A stretch of 64,000 nt of DNA from Candidatus Rifleibacteriota bacterium (GTDB taxonomy: Bacteria; Muiribacteriota; Ozemobacteria; Ozemobacterales; Ozemobacteraceae): the NCBI GenBank assembly GCA_017417215.1, contig JAFPZP010000062.1:11604-75603 (forward strand). The letters run 5' to 3'. Below, in pieces: positions 35,369 through 45,601 of this stretch. Every line of letters starts with the position of its first letter. The stretch's first letter is position 1. The notes beneath the pieces were generated by a model. That model had not been told where the DNA came from. It worked only from the letters and a program-made list of their open reading frames with translations, and did no database searches. The translations under genes and the position numbers were made by a program.

Positions 35369-35923
35369 TTAATTCATACCGCCAAGAATACCTTGAATTT
35401 CAGAACTATTCATTAAATCATTCATTTTAGAATTATTCATCAGAAAGTCATAATCACCGTTTTGAATGGCTTCCATGACTTCAGGGTCATCAAGAACAGA
35501 TTGCATTTCTGGAGAAGAACCAAGCTGCATAAGGTTTTCCATGAAATTTTCATCCATCATTCTACTTTGAACCATAGCATTTACATCTTGCTGTTTTGAT
35601 GAATAAGAATTTGAGGAATTATTACTCTGAGCTCTATCAGATGAATAGTTAGAAGACCTTCTATTACTACCATCAATAATACCAATGGATGATTGATTAG
35701 AATTAGAGGCTTTTGAACCAGAACTAATTTCAACAACATTATCAGAATTAACTTTTATATCACCCATAGTATCTGTCTTAATGGTATAAACTCCATCAGA
35801 CATACCAACTACTTTTCCATAAATTGTGGTTCCATCATTAAGAGTAATCTTGGAATTGCCACCGGCATAACATATTTGTGCAGATAATAAACCAGCAAAT
35901 AATAAAAATAATACTTTTTTCAT
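35369..35923 (-). CDS. Secreted hypothetical protein with N/S-rich linker and Met/Asn-rich helical C-terminus
   Basis: Signal peptide MKKVLFLLFAGLLSAQICYA. 184 aa. Family not recognised. Confidence 0.55.
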   Translation of the reverse strand: MKKVLFLLFAGLLSAQICYAGGNSKITLNDGTTIYGKVVGMSDGVYTIKTDTMGDIKVNSDNVVEISSGSKASNSNQSSIGIIDGSNRRSSNYSSDRAQSNNSSNSYSSKQQDVNAMVQSRMMDENFMENLMQLGSSPEMQSVLDDPEVMEAIQNGDYDFLMNNSKMNDLMNSSEIQGILGGMN

Positions 35924-36004
35924 TAGTGTACTCCTAATAATATTCTATTTATATTATACAGAAAACTGACCGAATATGTTAGTCTCTTAAAAAACCTTAA
36001 CAAA

Positions 36005-37030
36005 CTATTTTAAATCCTGAATTTTGTTATAAAGTTCAGAATAAGCCTTTGTAATCTTGAAAACTAATTCAGAACATTTTTCTTTCCAGGGTGACATATC
36101 TTCAACTTCACTAACAACGACACCTTTTTCCTTCAAAGTTTTCAAAGTTTTTTCTTCTACGCCTCTAATAGTTACTTTATTTACTCTTTGAATATAATCT
36201 GCAGCTCTAACTATTACTCTCTGCTGTTCTTCAGTCATTTGATTCCAAATATTATCGCTAATAACTATTTCACTTATGGCAAGAACATGAGCATCTAATA
36301 CCAGATAAGGTGCACGTCTGTATAAATCATTACTTAAATAGTTAAGAATCGGCTGTTCTCCACCGTCGATAATTCCTCTTTCTATTGCAGTATTAAATTC
36401 GGTAAATGGAACTTTTACTGAAGTAGCATCAAATACTTTAATAAGGTCTTCAAAATAATTACCATAAGCAGAACGAATCTTTAGACCAGAAAGATCATAA
36501 AGGCTGTTAATAGGCTTTCTTGAGAAGAAATGTCTATAACCTTCTTCTATAAAACACAAACCTCTGAATTTACTATTCTTTACAGTAATTTCATCTAAGA
36601 ATTCTTTATACATTCCAGAAGAAATGAATTTCCAATAATGATCTCTGTTTGCAAAAACATAAGGAGTAGAAAGCATGGCTGCTTTGTCTGCGCCATATTC
36701 CTGCAAATATGAAACACTAGTTCTGATAATATCTGGATTATCACTCTGATACATACTGGTAAGAACTTCGTTATCATTTCCTAAAGTTCCACCATACTTT
36801 ATATCTATTAGAACTGTTCCCAATGAAAGTTCTTCGACTTTTTGCTTAAATAGTCTAGCAATATAACCGGAATAAGAATTAACGGGATTAACTTCAGCAT
36901 AAGTAAGCTTTAAAACTTTACAATCAGATGGTTTAATGCCATCAAGACGGCAATAACCTACAGAAGAAACGGCTACAAAAGCCATAACCAAGAATAAAGA
37001 AATACTAAAAAAACTTTTATTAAGCCTCAT
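36005..37030 (-). CDS. TRAP-transporter DctP-family solute-binding protein (orphan: no DctQ/DctM adjacent)
   Basis: 341 aa, signal peptide. YAEVNPVNSYSGYIARLFKQKVEELSLGTVLIDIKYGGTLGNDNEVL and the overall length fit the DctP family. Confidence 0.75.
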   Translation of the reverse strand: MRLNKSFFSISLFLVMAFVAVSSVGYCRLDGIKPSDCKVLKLTYAEVNPVNSYSGYIARLFKQKVEELSLGTVLIDIKYGGTLGNDNEVLTSMYQSDNPDIIRTSVSYLQEYGADKAAMLSTPYVFANRDHYWKFISSGMYKEFLDEITVKNSKFRGLCFIEEGYRHFFSRKPINSLYDLSGLKIRSAYGNYFEDLIKVFDATSVKVPFTEFNTAIERGIIDGGEQPILNYLSNDLYRRAPYLVLDAHVLAISEIVISDNIWNQMTEEQQRVIVRAADYIQRVNKVTIRGVEEKTLKTLKEKGVVVSEVEDMSPWKEKCSELVFKITKAYSELYNKIQDLK

Positions 37031-37116
37031 AGTGTGTACCCTTTTCTTAAATATCGCTAATTAATTCTAGCACCACAAAAGCCTAATATCAAGTTGCTTC
37101 AATGGGATAAAAAATT

Positions 37117-38814
37117 TTAGAGATTAGAAAATTTTCTCAACAAAAAGTTATACATATCTTGAAGTTCTTTAAAACGTTCTTCAGCTTTTTTGTATTCTTC
37201 CTTAGACGCATTTGCGAAGCGGTCTGGATGACATTCCTTACATTTTATTCTGTAAGCTGTTTTTAATTGTTCTTTTGTAGCCTTAGAAGTAAGACCAAAC
37301 AAGTGCCATACTTTATCAGAAGCTGGTAAAAATTCCGCGCTTAAAGAATCAAAACTTGCTTTTGGAATACCAAGTAAAATAGAGATTTTTTCTATCATAT
37401 TAATCTCAACACTTGGAACAGATTCGTCTGATACTGCTATTTTGAAGAAAAACCCCAGGAAAACAAGTCGAGTCTGAGTATTAAATGAATTCTTTATAAC
37501 TTCACAATCCTTTTCGAGATTAGAAGGATTAGACAACTTGTATTTCAAACGTTCCTTCAAGAAGTCTTTATCAATTTCTTTGAATTTTTTGAAAAATTCA
37601 ATTACTGCACGAATTTCTTCAGGAGCACAGACTCCATCAGCCTTAATAACATGAGCCACAAGCCCTATGAGTTCTTCGAAACCAGCTTTATTATCACTGA
37701 ATGTTGAAGTAGATGTAGTTACAGTTTCACGCGGGTCGTTTTCATAGATATAATATTCAAAACCATGAACATATCTTAGCAAATGTTGTGGACCAGGTCC
37801 ATCAACAAAAACGTCAACATTCAAATAGATCTTCTGAGTATGTTTTAAAGATAAAACACCATAAGGAAGAAACAAATAGGAGTCAATACAAAACTGAGAA
37901 TCTATGCAGACAACACTTTCATTAATAACAATATCGCCATACATATCAGCCATTTCCGGAACCAGGCTTTTTATCCAAGTTCCTGTATTTGAACAGAACT
38001 TTCCGGAAACGACTATTTTTCTATTTTTAGGGTTCTTTACTTTTAAAGTATAAGGGAAAGCAATTCCTCTTATGCCATGGTCATAAGTAGAAAAATGTGG
38101 TTCGCCAAAAGTAAATGAAGCACGATCGTTTTTGACTGTTTTAGATTTTTTACTTGAAAGAGTTGGATAAGAATAAGTTCCAGGTTTGCTTTGGGTAGCA
38201 TGCTGTCTTTTAAAACCTTGACTAGCTTTAGAACTCTTATCTTTCTGATAATTCTGTTTAGAATAACCATCCCAGGAGTTATTAGAACTTCCTTCATAAT
38301 TATTACTATATGAAGAATTTACATCGTTCCAAGTCTCATAATCGACATCGTAGTAACTATCACTATTATAGAAACCACTATCGTTATCATCGTAGTAATT
38401 ATAGTTTGTATCGGTATACTGATTTGTTCTTGAATACTGATTAGTATTAGAATACCGATTAGTATTCGAATACGGATCTGTATCTGTGTAATCATTAGAT
38501 CTAGAATACTGATTACTTCTGGAATATCTAGTTTCGGAGTTCTCGGTATTCGGACTACTCTGAGTATTCTGGGTAGTCCGAGTTTTTTGCGTATACTGAT
38601 TATTATTAGAGCCAGAACTTTTAGTGGTCTTTCTTCTGTCTTCTTCTCTAGTATATTTTCCCTCAGGAATATCTTCATCTAAGGGGTCGCTTCTGAAGTT
38701 TTTATTGGTATGCCCACATGGTCTGCTATAACCGAATTTGGCTTCATCATTTTTATCTGAATCGCCAAAAAAGGAACCTAAAATTTCATTTAATAAATTG
38801 GTACCCCAACCCAT
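37117..38814 (-). CDS. DjlA-like protein: N/Y/S-rich low-complexity N-terminal half, TerB-like region, C-terminal J domain
   Basis: C-terminal LFGLTSKATKEQLKTAYRIKCKECHPDRF carries the HPD J-domain motif. It is preceded by a TerB-like helical region (LIGLVAHVIKADGVCAPEEIRAVIEFF). Residues about 60-190 are N/Y/S/T-rich repeats. Confidence 0.75.
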   Translation of the reverse strand: MGWGTNLLNEILGSFFGDSDKNDEAKFGYSRPCGHTNKNFRSDPLDEDIPEGKYTREEDRRKTTKSSGSNNNQYTQKTRTTQNTQSSPNTENSETRYSRSNQYSRSNDYTDTDPYSNTNRYSNTNQYSRTNQYTDTNYNYYDDNDSGFYNSDSYYDVDYETWNDVNSSYSNNYEGSSNNSWDGYSKQNYQKDKSSKASQGFKRQHATQSKPGTYSYPTLSSKKSKTVKNDRASFTFGEPHFSTYDHGIRGIAFPYTLKVKNPKNRKIVVSGKFCSNTGTWIKSLVPEMADMYGDIVINESVVCIDSQFCIDSYLFLPYGVLSLKHTQKIYLNVDVFVDGPGPQHLLRYVHGFEYYIYENDPRETVTTSTSTFSDNKAGFEELIGLVAHVIKADGVCAPEEIRAVIEFFKKFKEIDKDFLKERLKYKLSNPSNLEKDCEVIKNSFNTQTRLVFLGFFFKIAVSDESVPSVEINMIEKISILLGIPKASFDSLSAEFLPASDKVWHLFGLTSKATKEQLKTAYRIKCKECHPDRFANASKEEYKKAEERFKELQDMYNFLLRKFSNL

Positions 38815-38843
38815 AGCAAACCCCTGAGAGTAGAATAAGTAGC

Positions 38844-38871
38844 ATTATACTACTTTCAAAGAAGTTTGCAA
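38844..38871 (-). promoter_or_regulatory. Near-consensus sigma70-type promoter for the DjlA-like gene
   Basis: Minus strand reads TTGCAA-16 nt-TATAAT, ending about 30 nt upstream of the ATG at 38814. Confidence 0.45.
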
Positions 38872-38877
38872 AATATA

Positions 38878-39879
38878 TTAAATATCAGCGGTAACAAAAA
38901 TCTGTTCGTGCTGTCTCCTGGCTTCATTTTCCATAATAAACCTGGTATTGGCAATAGCTTGACTTACCTGTTCAGCTACGCTTCTAGAAAGATTTAAATA
39001 CTGCATGGAAAAAGCATTAGGTTCTGGACTAACAAGGACAGAAACCCCTGTAACGAATTTAACCCTTTTATATTCCTGGTTAGGATCTTCTTGTTTAACA
39101 ATCAATGGGGTGTACATTACAGAAGGAATTTTGAATCCAAGTTCGCTAGTATCAACAAAAGAATCAGATATTGCAGAAGTGACAGGGACATCTAATTTCT
39201 GCCAATATTGAGCCAACTTGCTGTCAAAGTTTAAAACAGGTATTGGGGGGAACTCCGGAATTGCAGCTTTACATTCAAAACATCCTACAACTTCATTCCA
39301 CATCATGACAAAACCAGCTGAAGCCTTTGTAACCTTTATCATTCTATCTAGAATATGAAAGACTATTTCATTGAAGTTTGAAGACTGACCTATAATACGC
39401 CCAGTTTCATATAGAGTAACAACTTCAGTGCTGGTATTTCTAAGACGGTCTGAAAGGCTGCTAACCAAACAGCCAAGTAATGAAGAGGCTACTATTGGAG
39501 TAGATGCCATAAAATCCATAAAATCGCTTCTATCGATTTTTATTAATACGCCACCATTCCCTTTTAATACAGCTGAAGCAGAACGTGTTTCACCAGTAAG
39601 AAGAGCCATTTCACCGAAAAATGAACCTGGTTCCAATACAGCCAATATCTTTTTGGTTCCTAATTCAGCATCTATGATTTTTTGAATTTCAATCTGTCCT
39701 TTAATAACTATGAACAGAGAATCTCCAACTCCACCTTCATTAAAAATCACATAATCAGGTTCTTCAGGTTCTACAAGTTTAAAAATATTTAGACTCGCTA
39801 CAATATCGCTTTCACTTAGCTTAGCAAATAATGGAATTGTTTTTATCAAATCAACACTTATCTTCATATTAAACTCCAA
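38878..39879 (-). CDS. Cyclic-nucleotide-binding domain protein with GAF-like C-terminal domain
   Basis: cNMP-binding block FNEGGVGDSLFIVIKGQIEI...FFGEMALLTGETRSASAV. The start lies 3 nt after the pilT stop. Confidence 0.8.
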   Translation of the reverse strand: MEFNMKISVDLIKTIPLFAKLSESDIVASLNIFKLVEPEEPDYVIFNEGGVGDSLFIVIKGQIEIQKIIDAELGTKKILAVLEPGSFFGEMALLTGETRSASAVLKGNGGVLIKIDRSDFMDFMASTPIVASSLLGCLVSSLSDRLRNTSTEVVTLYETGRIIGQSSNFNEIVFHILDRMIKVTKASAGFVMMWNEVVGCFECKAAIPEFPPIPVLNFDSKLAQYWQKLDVPVTSAISDSFVDTSELGFKIPSVMYTPLIVKQEDPNQEYKRVKFVTGVSVLVSPEPNAFSMQYLNLSRSVAEQVSQAIANTRFIMENEARRQHEQIFVTADI

Positions 39880-39882
39880 AAA

Positions 39883-41022
39883 TTACTTTACAGTTCCATA
39901 AGCTGAAGCTCCATAAACAGAGCCGTATGCCGAGCTAGTATAAGTATTGCCAGTTGTATTTTCACCTTTCTGAGTAGTATTAGAAGTGGAAGTCATTCCA
40001 GAACGTGTTCTAGTCTGATAAACTTCATTAGAAATAATTCCTTCATTTTTAAGATTTGCCAAAGACTGATCCATAGAAATCATTCCTAATGCAGCCCCAG
40101 TTTGAATAGCTGTTGGAATCTGATAGATTTTTCCTTCACGAATAAGGTTTGAAATAGCAGAATTAACAACCATTATTTCGCGTGCAGCAATACGACCAGA
40201 GCCATCCTGTTTTGGCAAAAGCACTTGAGAAATAACACCTTTTAGAGTTGTAGCCAACTGAGCTTTAATCTGCTGCTGTTGATAAGCGGGGAAAACATCT
40301 ATAATACGGTCTATAGTTTTTGCAGCTGACTGAGTATGCAAAGTGGCAAAAACCAAGTGACCAGTTTCTGCAATGGTAATAGCTGCAGCAATGGTTTCCA
40401 AATCACGCATTTCACCAATTAGAATAACATCAGGACACTGACGAAGAACATATTTAAGTGCAGAAGAATAAGTTTCTGTATCTTTGCCAACTTCTCTCTG
40501 TTCTACAACGGAGAGTTTATGAGCATGGATAAATTCAATCGGGTCTTCAACAGTTATTATATGACAGGCTCTATTAGTATTGATATAATCTATCATTGCA
40601 GCTAAAGTAGTTGATTTACCACTTCCTGTCGGACCAGTAACAAGAACAAGACCACTAGTAAGTTTACAAAAATCTGCTGTAATTGGTGGCAAAGACAGAG
40701 TATCAAACTTTGGGATAACACTCATAATCGGTCTAAATGCAGCACCAATTTTGCCCATCTGTTTGAAAACATTAACACGGAAACGACCTGAATCAGGGAA
40801 TTCAATAGCTAAATCCAATTCGGAATGAGCTTCAAATTCGGCTTTTTGATCTTCATTAACAATTGAATAAATCAATTCTCTTAAGTCATTTTCATCAAGC
40901 TGTTTATTACCATCTGGAGTCATACTGCCATTAATACGAAGCATTGGCGGTCTGCCTGCAGTCAAAATAATATCAGAAGTATTTCTTTTCATTGCAGAAG
41001 CCAATATTTGTTTAATATCCAT
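39883..41022 (-). CDS. pilT: Type IV pilus retraction ATPase PilT/PilU family, with a low-complexity C-terminal tail
   Basis: Walker A GPTGSGKST, VILIGEMRD, TGHLVFATLHT and the AISNLIREGK motif, all typical of PilT. Confidence 0.9.
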   Translation of the reverse strand: MDIKQILASAMKRNTSDIILTAGRPPMLRINGSMTPDGNKQLDENDLRELIYSIVNEDQKAEFEAHSELDLAIEFPDSGRFRVNVFKQMGKIGAAFRPIMSVIPKFDTLSLPPITADFCKLTSGLVLVTGPTGSGKSTTLAAMIDYINTNRACHIITVEDPIEFIHAHKLSVVEQREVGKDTETYSSALKYVLRQCPDVILIGEMRDLETIAAAITIAETGHLVFATLHTQSAAKTIDRIIDVFPAYQQQQIKAQLATTLKGVISQVLLPKQDGSGRIAAREIMVVNSAISNLIREGKIYQIPTAIQTGAALGMISMDQSLANLKNEGIISNEVYQTRTRSGMTSTSNTTQKGENTTGNTYTSSAYGSVYGASAYGTVK

Positions 41023-41048
41023 ATAGTTTTCCCTATCTTTTTAAGATT

Positions 41049-43829
41049 TTAGCTATTTCTTCTATCAGCTTTTTTCTTAGCTGTTCTCAAAGCAGATAAC
41101 ATACTACTTTTTTCAAGTGAAGGCTTTTCTTCATGTTTTTCTTCATTCGAGGATGAAGGAACTATGGATTCACTTGTTTTAGTAATAGTTACCCCTTCAG
41201 GTATAGTAGTATCGGATACTTCCTTCTTTTCAATAACGGATATTCTTTTTTTATTAAGATTTTTTAAATTAGACAAAACAATAGTTAAAATAGCCATTCG
41301 TCTTTCTGAAATTTCTAAAAGAAATAGAATTAGAGCGAAAGCGAAAAAGAAATTAGAAACATTTTTGTCTTGATAAACCATAGGCATAGAAGCCCAAACA
41401 CTGCTCAAATCTATAAGTTCATTGCCGCCAGTTATTTTTGCCAACTGCTTTAGTTCAGATGAACCACTTCTATTGGTTTGAGGTAAAAATTCAGGAGAAT
41501 ACATCTGACAAGCCGGTGCAAGTCTTAAATTCTGCTTATCATTAATTTTTAATAAAGGCACCAATACTTCATTTCCTACTAAATCACAAGACGCAGTAAG
41601 ACGGTCAGCATTATCCCAAGAAGCTTTCATTGTTAAATGTTTTGGTTGTCCATCATTAAAGCTTCTTAAGATTTCAAAAACCGGAACATCTGAAAATGGG
41701 TCTCTAACTCTTTCTGGGTCAAGATTTAAAGAAGCCTCCCATCTGCCATTTGAAACCTTTTGAGAAACTACGATATCGTTAATAGATTCTCTATCATCAA
41801 AAGCAATCCATTTACATAAACCATTAAATACTTTTGTAGCATTTTCCCCTTTTAAGAATTCTCCGCCCAGTTCCTGGCTTAAAACTCCTGTAAAGCAGGC
41901 AACTTTTCCCAAGCCATACTGCCATACAGCCAGAATTGGAGAATGATCATCGTCACTAGCAGTTATAATATCTGATGCATCTGGTTTAAGATAACAAATA
42001 TTATAAGCATCTAAGGAAGATTTAAAACTTAAGTTACTCCCTATATAAGTATTCATTTCGTGAGATGAAAGAATATCAACTTTTTCTTCAACAAAAGTAC
42101 TTTTAGCAGCAATAAAAGTATCTTGAGAAAAAAGTCTTGGCAGATCTTCAGGTTCATCAGTAAAGAAACAACGACCTTTTCCGGCATCAGCAATCTTCTT
42201 AAGAAGCTCACCGTCACAGTCTGTTTCCTTGCCTAAACCAATAACACTCAAAGTCATACCATATGATTGAGCTTCACCTAATAATTGCCAATAATTCCCC
42301 GGTTGTTCAGAGTCACTGGCATCAGCAAATAAAATAATATGCCTTGTCTTGCTCTTGGCCCTCTTCAGCATTTCTACAGCGGCATTTATACCCTCATACA
42401 CATAAATACCGCCTCCTAAAGACTGAATAGACAAAATGCTATCACGCCATTCATTTTTAGATTTGACATTCTGTAAAGGAACAATCTCATGAGGCTTAGT
42501 ATCTACAGCAAAAACTCCAAATTCATCATCATCCATCAGTAAATCCAGAGAAGAAGCAGCCCCCAGGTTAGCTAATTCCATTTTTGTTCTGCCGGAAACC
42601 TGCATACCCATACTTCCAGAACGATCAAGCACTACAGCTATAGCAATACTCATTTTACGCGTCTGGCTTCTCATTTCTAAAGAAACAGGTAATGCCTCTT
42701 CTAAAGGTGATTTATGGTAACCACCATTACCATAAGAGTTTTTTCCACCAGTAATCAGCAAACCGCCACCCATATGCTTTACCCAGGCAGCCAAACTATG
42801 CATTCCACTAAAACCAATATGGTCAGCAGACACATTTTCAAGAATTACAGCAGAATAACCAGTTAATTCCTCGATTTGCCAGTGAAATTCATTTGGCTTT
42901 TTTACGTCGATCATAACTTTATTATTCATTAAGAACTGTTTCATCGTTGAATTGTTCGATTCGCTAATAATCAATATTGGCTTCCTGCCTTTTATTAAAC
43001 AGACTGATTGAGCCACATTATTTTTTAATTGAGAATCTTCTCCAGACGAGAAAACCTTAAAAATATATTTTCCCATAGAACTAGGGGGAGCTTTCATATT
43101 AAAGCTGATTTCATTCATACCAGATTTCAGGTGATATTTTGTTTTCAGTAATGATTTATCACCCAAAAGAAGTTCAATATTAGCCTCCTGCTCAATAGGC
43201 GAATAAACACCAGCTCTTAATAAAAAAGCTTCGTGTGGTTCTAAAATTGGTGGAACACTAAAATAAGAAACAGCTAAGTCTCTAACAATTTCTCTTCCTA
43301 TATATCTGAAATCAATCGGAATATTTCTATTAGCCGCGATTGTTGCATATAACTGTGGATTTTGTCCATTCCATAGTCCATCTGAAACAACGATAATTCG
43401 GCTGGACATACCATCTGGAATCATCGAAAGTGCCAAATCTATACCTTCTGACAGATTAGAAGCATCTGCATTCTGCTTCATAGACAAATCTGAAATATTA
43501 TTCTTAGTAGGACTAAACTCAATTTTTGCCTTATCTGTGAAACTAACTAAAGCCAAACGACTATTAATAGGCATATCATTTAAAAGAATAGAAGAAATTT
43601 CCTGAATACGTTTATCAATGTCATCTGGCATAGAAGCACTTATATCAGCAACGACTACGACAACCCCTTCTTTCCCGCTTATTTTCATAATAGGACCACT
43701 TAGAGCAATAATAATTATTATTACCAAAAGGATTCTAAGAGTAAATAAGATCTTTGATTCTGGTTTAAATAGAATAACCAGAGATAAAAGCGGAATGAGC
43801 AAAATCAGCCAATGAGGTTCAGAAAGCAT
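41049..43829 (-). CDS. Large BatA/BatB-like membrane protein with two vWA domains and a GATase1-like (DUF1355-type) region
   Basis: N-terminal double-TM. MIDAS-type motifs VVVVADISASM and IAVVLDRSGSMG. YSAVILENVSADHIGFSGMHSLAAWVKHMGGGLLITGG. C-terminal TM. Overlaps the upstream gene by 11 nt. Confidence 0.8.
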   Translation of the reverse strand: MLSEPHWLILLIPLLSLVILFKPESKILFTLRILLVIIIIIALSGPIMKISGKEGVVVVVADISASMPDDIDKRIQEISSILLNDMPINSRLALVSFTDKAKIEFSPTKNNISDLSMKQNADASNLSEGIDLALSMIPDGMSSRIIVVSDGLWNGQNPQLYATIAANRNIPIDFRYIGREIVRDLAVSYFSVPPILEPHEAFLLRAGVYSPIEQEANIELLLGDKSLLKTKYHLKSGMNEISFNMKAPPSSMGKYIFKVFSSGEDSQLKNNVAQSVCLIKGRKPILIISESNNSTMKQFLMNNKVMIDVKKPNEFHWQIEELTGYSAVILENVSADHIGFSGMHSLAAWVKHMGGGLLITGGKNSYGNGGYHKSPLEEALPVSLEMRSQTRKMSIAIAVVLDRSGSMGMQVSGRTKMELANLGAASSLDLLMDDDEFGVFAVDTKPHEIVPLQNVKSKNEWRDSILSIQSLGGGIYVYEGINAAVEMLKRAKSKTRHIILFADASDSEQPGNYWQLLGEAQSYGMTLSVIGLGKETDCDGELLKKIADAGKGRCFFTDEPEDLPRLFSQDTFIAAKSTFVEEKVDILSSHEMNTYIGSNLSFKSSLDAYNICYLKPDASDIITASDDDHSPILAVWQYGLGKVACFTGVLSQELGGEFLKGENATKVFNGLCKWIAFDDRESINDIVVSQKVSNGRWEASLNLDPERVRDPFSDVPVFEILRSFNDGQPKHLTMKASWDNADRLTASCDLVGNEVLVPLLKINDKQNLRLAPACQMYSPEFLPQTNRSGSSELKQLAKITGGNELIDLSSVWASMPMVYQDKNVSNFFFAFALILFLLEISERRMAILTIVLSNLKNLNKKRISVIEKKEVSDTTIPEGVTITKTSESIVPSSSNEEKHEEKPSLEKSSMLSALRTAKKKADRRNS

Positions 43830-45600
43830 AACCTGACCTCCTATTGGAAATCAACCATTGATGAAGTATTAGCAATGCAAAAGCAATTAATATAAACCAC
43901 CATTTAACACTTTCAAAATGAACCATGTTTTCATTGGTTATTATTTCAGGAAGCTTTTCACTAGACTTTGCTTTACTCAAATCAGATTCTTCATAAGAAC
44001 ACAAATTTACTGATACTTTATAATTCTTTGTTTTATCTTCATTGAAAATACTATATATTCCTGGTCTGCCTGAAATAAATAAAGCTTTTTTGTTTTTTAC
44101 TATTCCTTCTGTTTTTTCATTTTTATCAGAAGTACCTGTTTCTCTCTGTAAAAATAAACTTGATGTCTTATTATCTACCCCTACTTCAATTCTACTTCCA
44201 GACCTGAAATTATTAGATGATGGACCTTCTTGCCTTTGCAATGTCCATTCCATAAGATTGTAGAAAAATACAGGCCAAAACGAAGTCTGATGCAGATTAG
44301 ATTTAGAAAAGCTATAATTTAAAGTCAGAGTAGACCATAATTCGCTATTATCATCAAGAGAAAGCAAAGGCAAATCACCTTCAGCCAATAGAGTTTTCCC
44401 CGATTTCTTCAAATCTTTATCAACTGCCCATAAAGCATTTTCTAATGGTAAATCAGCAGTAAGCATATGTTCTTTATCAGAAGCAATCATTTTATTGAAA
44501 AAATATGATTCTGTAGCATTATGGATTACAAGCTCAGTTAATAGATTTTCATCACCTTTAATTTTTTTGTCAGAAATAATTACCTGAGGTTTTTCTGAAG
44601 TTAATTGAGCTAATTCAGTTGCTAATACAGCTTTTTTTACAATATCAGATAGTTGTTTATTTTCAAATTTCAGACTTACTTTTAATTTTTCTTTCTTTAT
44701 AGGCAATAATACTACTTCATTATCATAGTCTATATCATCACTTTTTATAACTGCTTTTAAAACAGCTTTTTGATCTCTTACTTTAACAATAGTTCGTCTT
44801 GAAGAATTAGCGCTAATAACACCCGTAACTTGTTCCAGCAACTGATTATTGGTTTCATCAATTATTTCTGCATGTATTTCTTTATCTTTAGAAGAAAAAT
44901 TCGTAAATTCAAAGAAGCATCTGTCTGTCTTTCCATTGCTACTTCTATTAGCACCAGTAATAGCAAAGTTATCCAAAGGTTTTCCAAAAGAAACCCATTT
45001 AATACGCTCAGAATGATTCTTTTTTTCTTCCAAATGGTCAGTTAAAACAATTACTATAGAATCATCTTCACCTAATTCCAGTTCCTGAGCTACAGCCTCC
45101 ATTAGATTAGATGTGTTTGACTCGCATTTCCAGTTCATCAAAACATTATCAGCTTCGTAAGGATTCATATCGCGTCGACCAATCTGTTTTGGCTTGTTGC
45201 CAACCAGAATAAGAGTTATACGGTATAGAGACTGTGAAAAAATATTATTCTCTAAGTACTTTAAACTAAGTTTATAAGGAGAATTTTCTCCTCCTGCTGT
45301 CATAGAAACTGAATCATCTAAGATAATAGAAACAGGAATCAACTGACCTCTATGAAGACTCATTGGATCGGCAATAGCTAAAATAATAAACAAAAAAATC
45401 AATAATTCAATGAAAAACAATAATGGAGTCTGTAATTTATGTAGTTTTTGTCCGCCTTCTGCAGTACTTCGTGATTTTGAAAAAAACATCAAAGACGAAA
45501 CCAGAATATTTCTTGAACGTCTTTTATAAATATATACAGCTATAAGACCTAGAAATATCAAGGTTCCCCATATAGCAGAAGTATTTGTAAAAATCGGCAT
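43819..45600 (-). CDS. Membrane protein with a BatA-type N-terminal double-TM domain (aerotolerance-regulator N-terminal-like)
   Basis: MPIFTNTSAIWGTLIFLGLIAVYIYKRRSRNILVSSLMFF matches the BatA_N pattern. C-terminal TM WWFILIAFALLILHQWL. 593 aa. Confidence 0.7.
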   Translation of the reverse strand: MPIFTNTSAIWGTLIFLGLIAVYIYKRRSRNILVSSLMFFSKSRSTAEGGQKLHKLQTPLLFFIELLIFLFIILAIADPMSLHRGQLIPVSIILDDSVSMTAGGENSPYKLSLKYLENNIFSQSLYRITLILVGNKPKQIGRRDMNPYEADNVLMNWKCESNTSNLMEAVAQELELGEDDSIVIVLTDHLEEKKNHSERIKWVSFGKPLDNFAITGANRSSNGKTDRCFFEFTNFSSKDKEIHAEIIDETNNQLLEQVTGVISANSSRRTIVKVRDQKAVLKAVIKSDDIDYDNEVVLLPIKKEKLKVSLKFENKQLSDIVKKAVLATELAQLTSEKPQVIISDKKIKGDENLLTELVIHNATESYFFNKMIASDKEHMLTADLPLENALWAVDKDLKKSGKTLLAEGDLPLLSLDDNSELWSTLTLNYSFSKSNLHQTSFWPVFFYNLMEWTLQRQEGPSSNNFRSGSRIEVGVDNKTSSLFLQRETGTSDKNEKTEGIVKNKKALFISGRPGIYSIFNEDKTKNYKVSVNLCSYEESDLSKAKSSEKLPEIITNENMVHFESVKWWFILIAFALLILHQWLISNRRSGYAF

Positions 45601-45601
45601 A

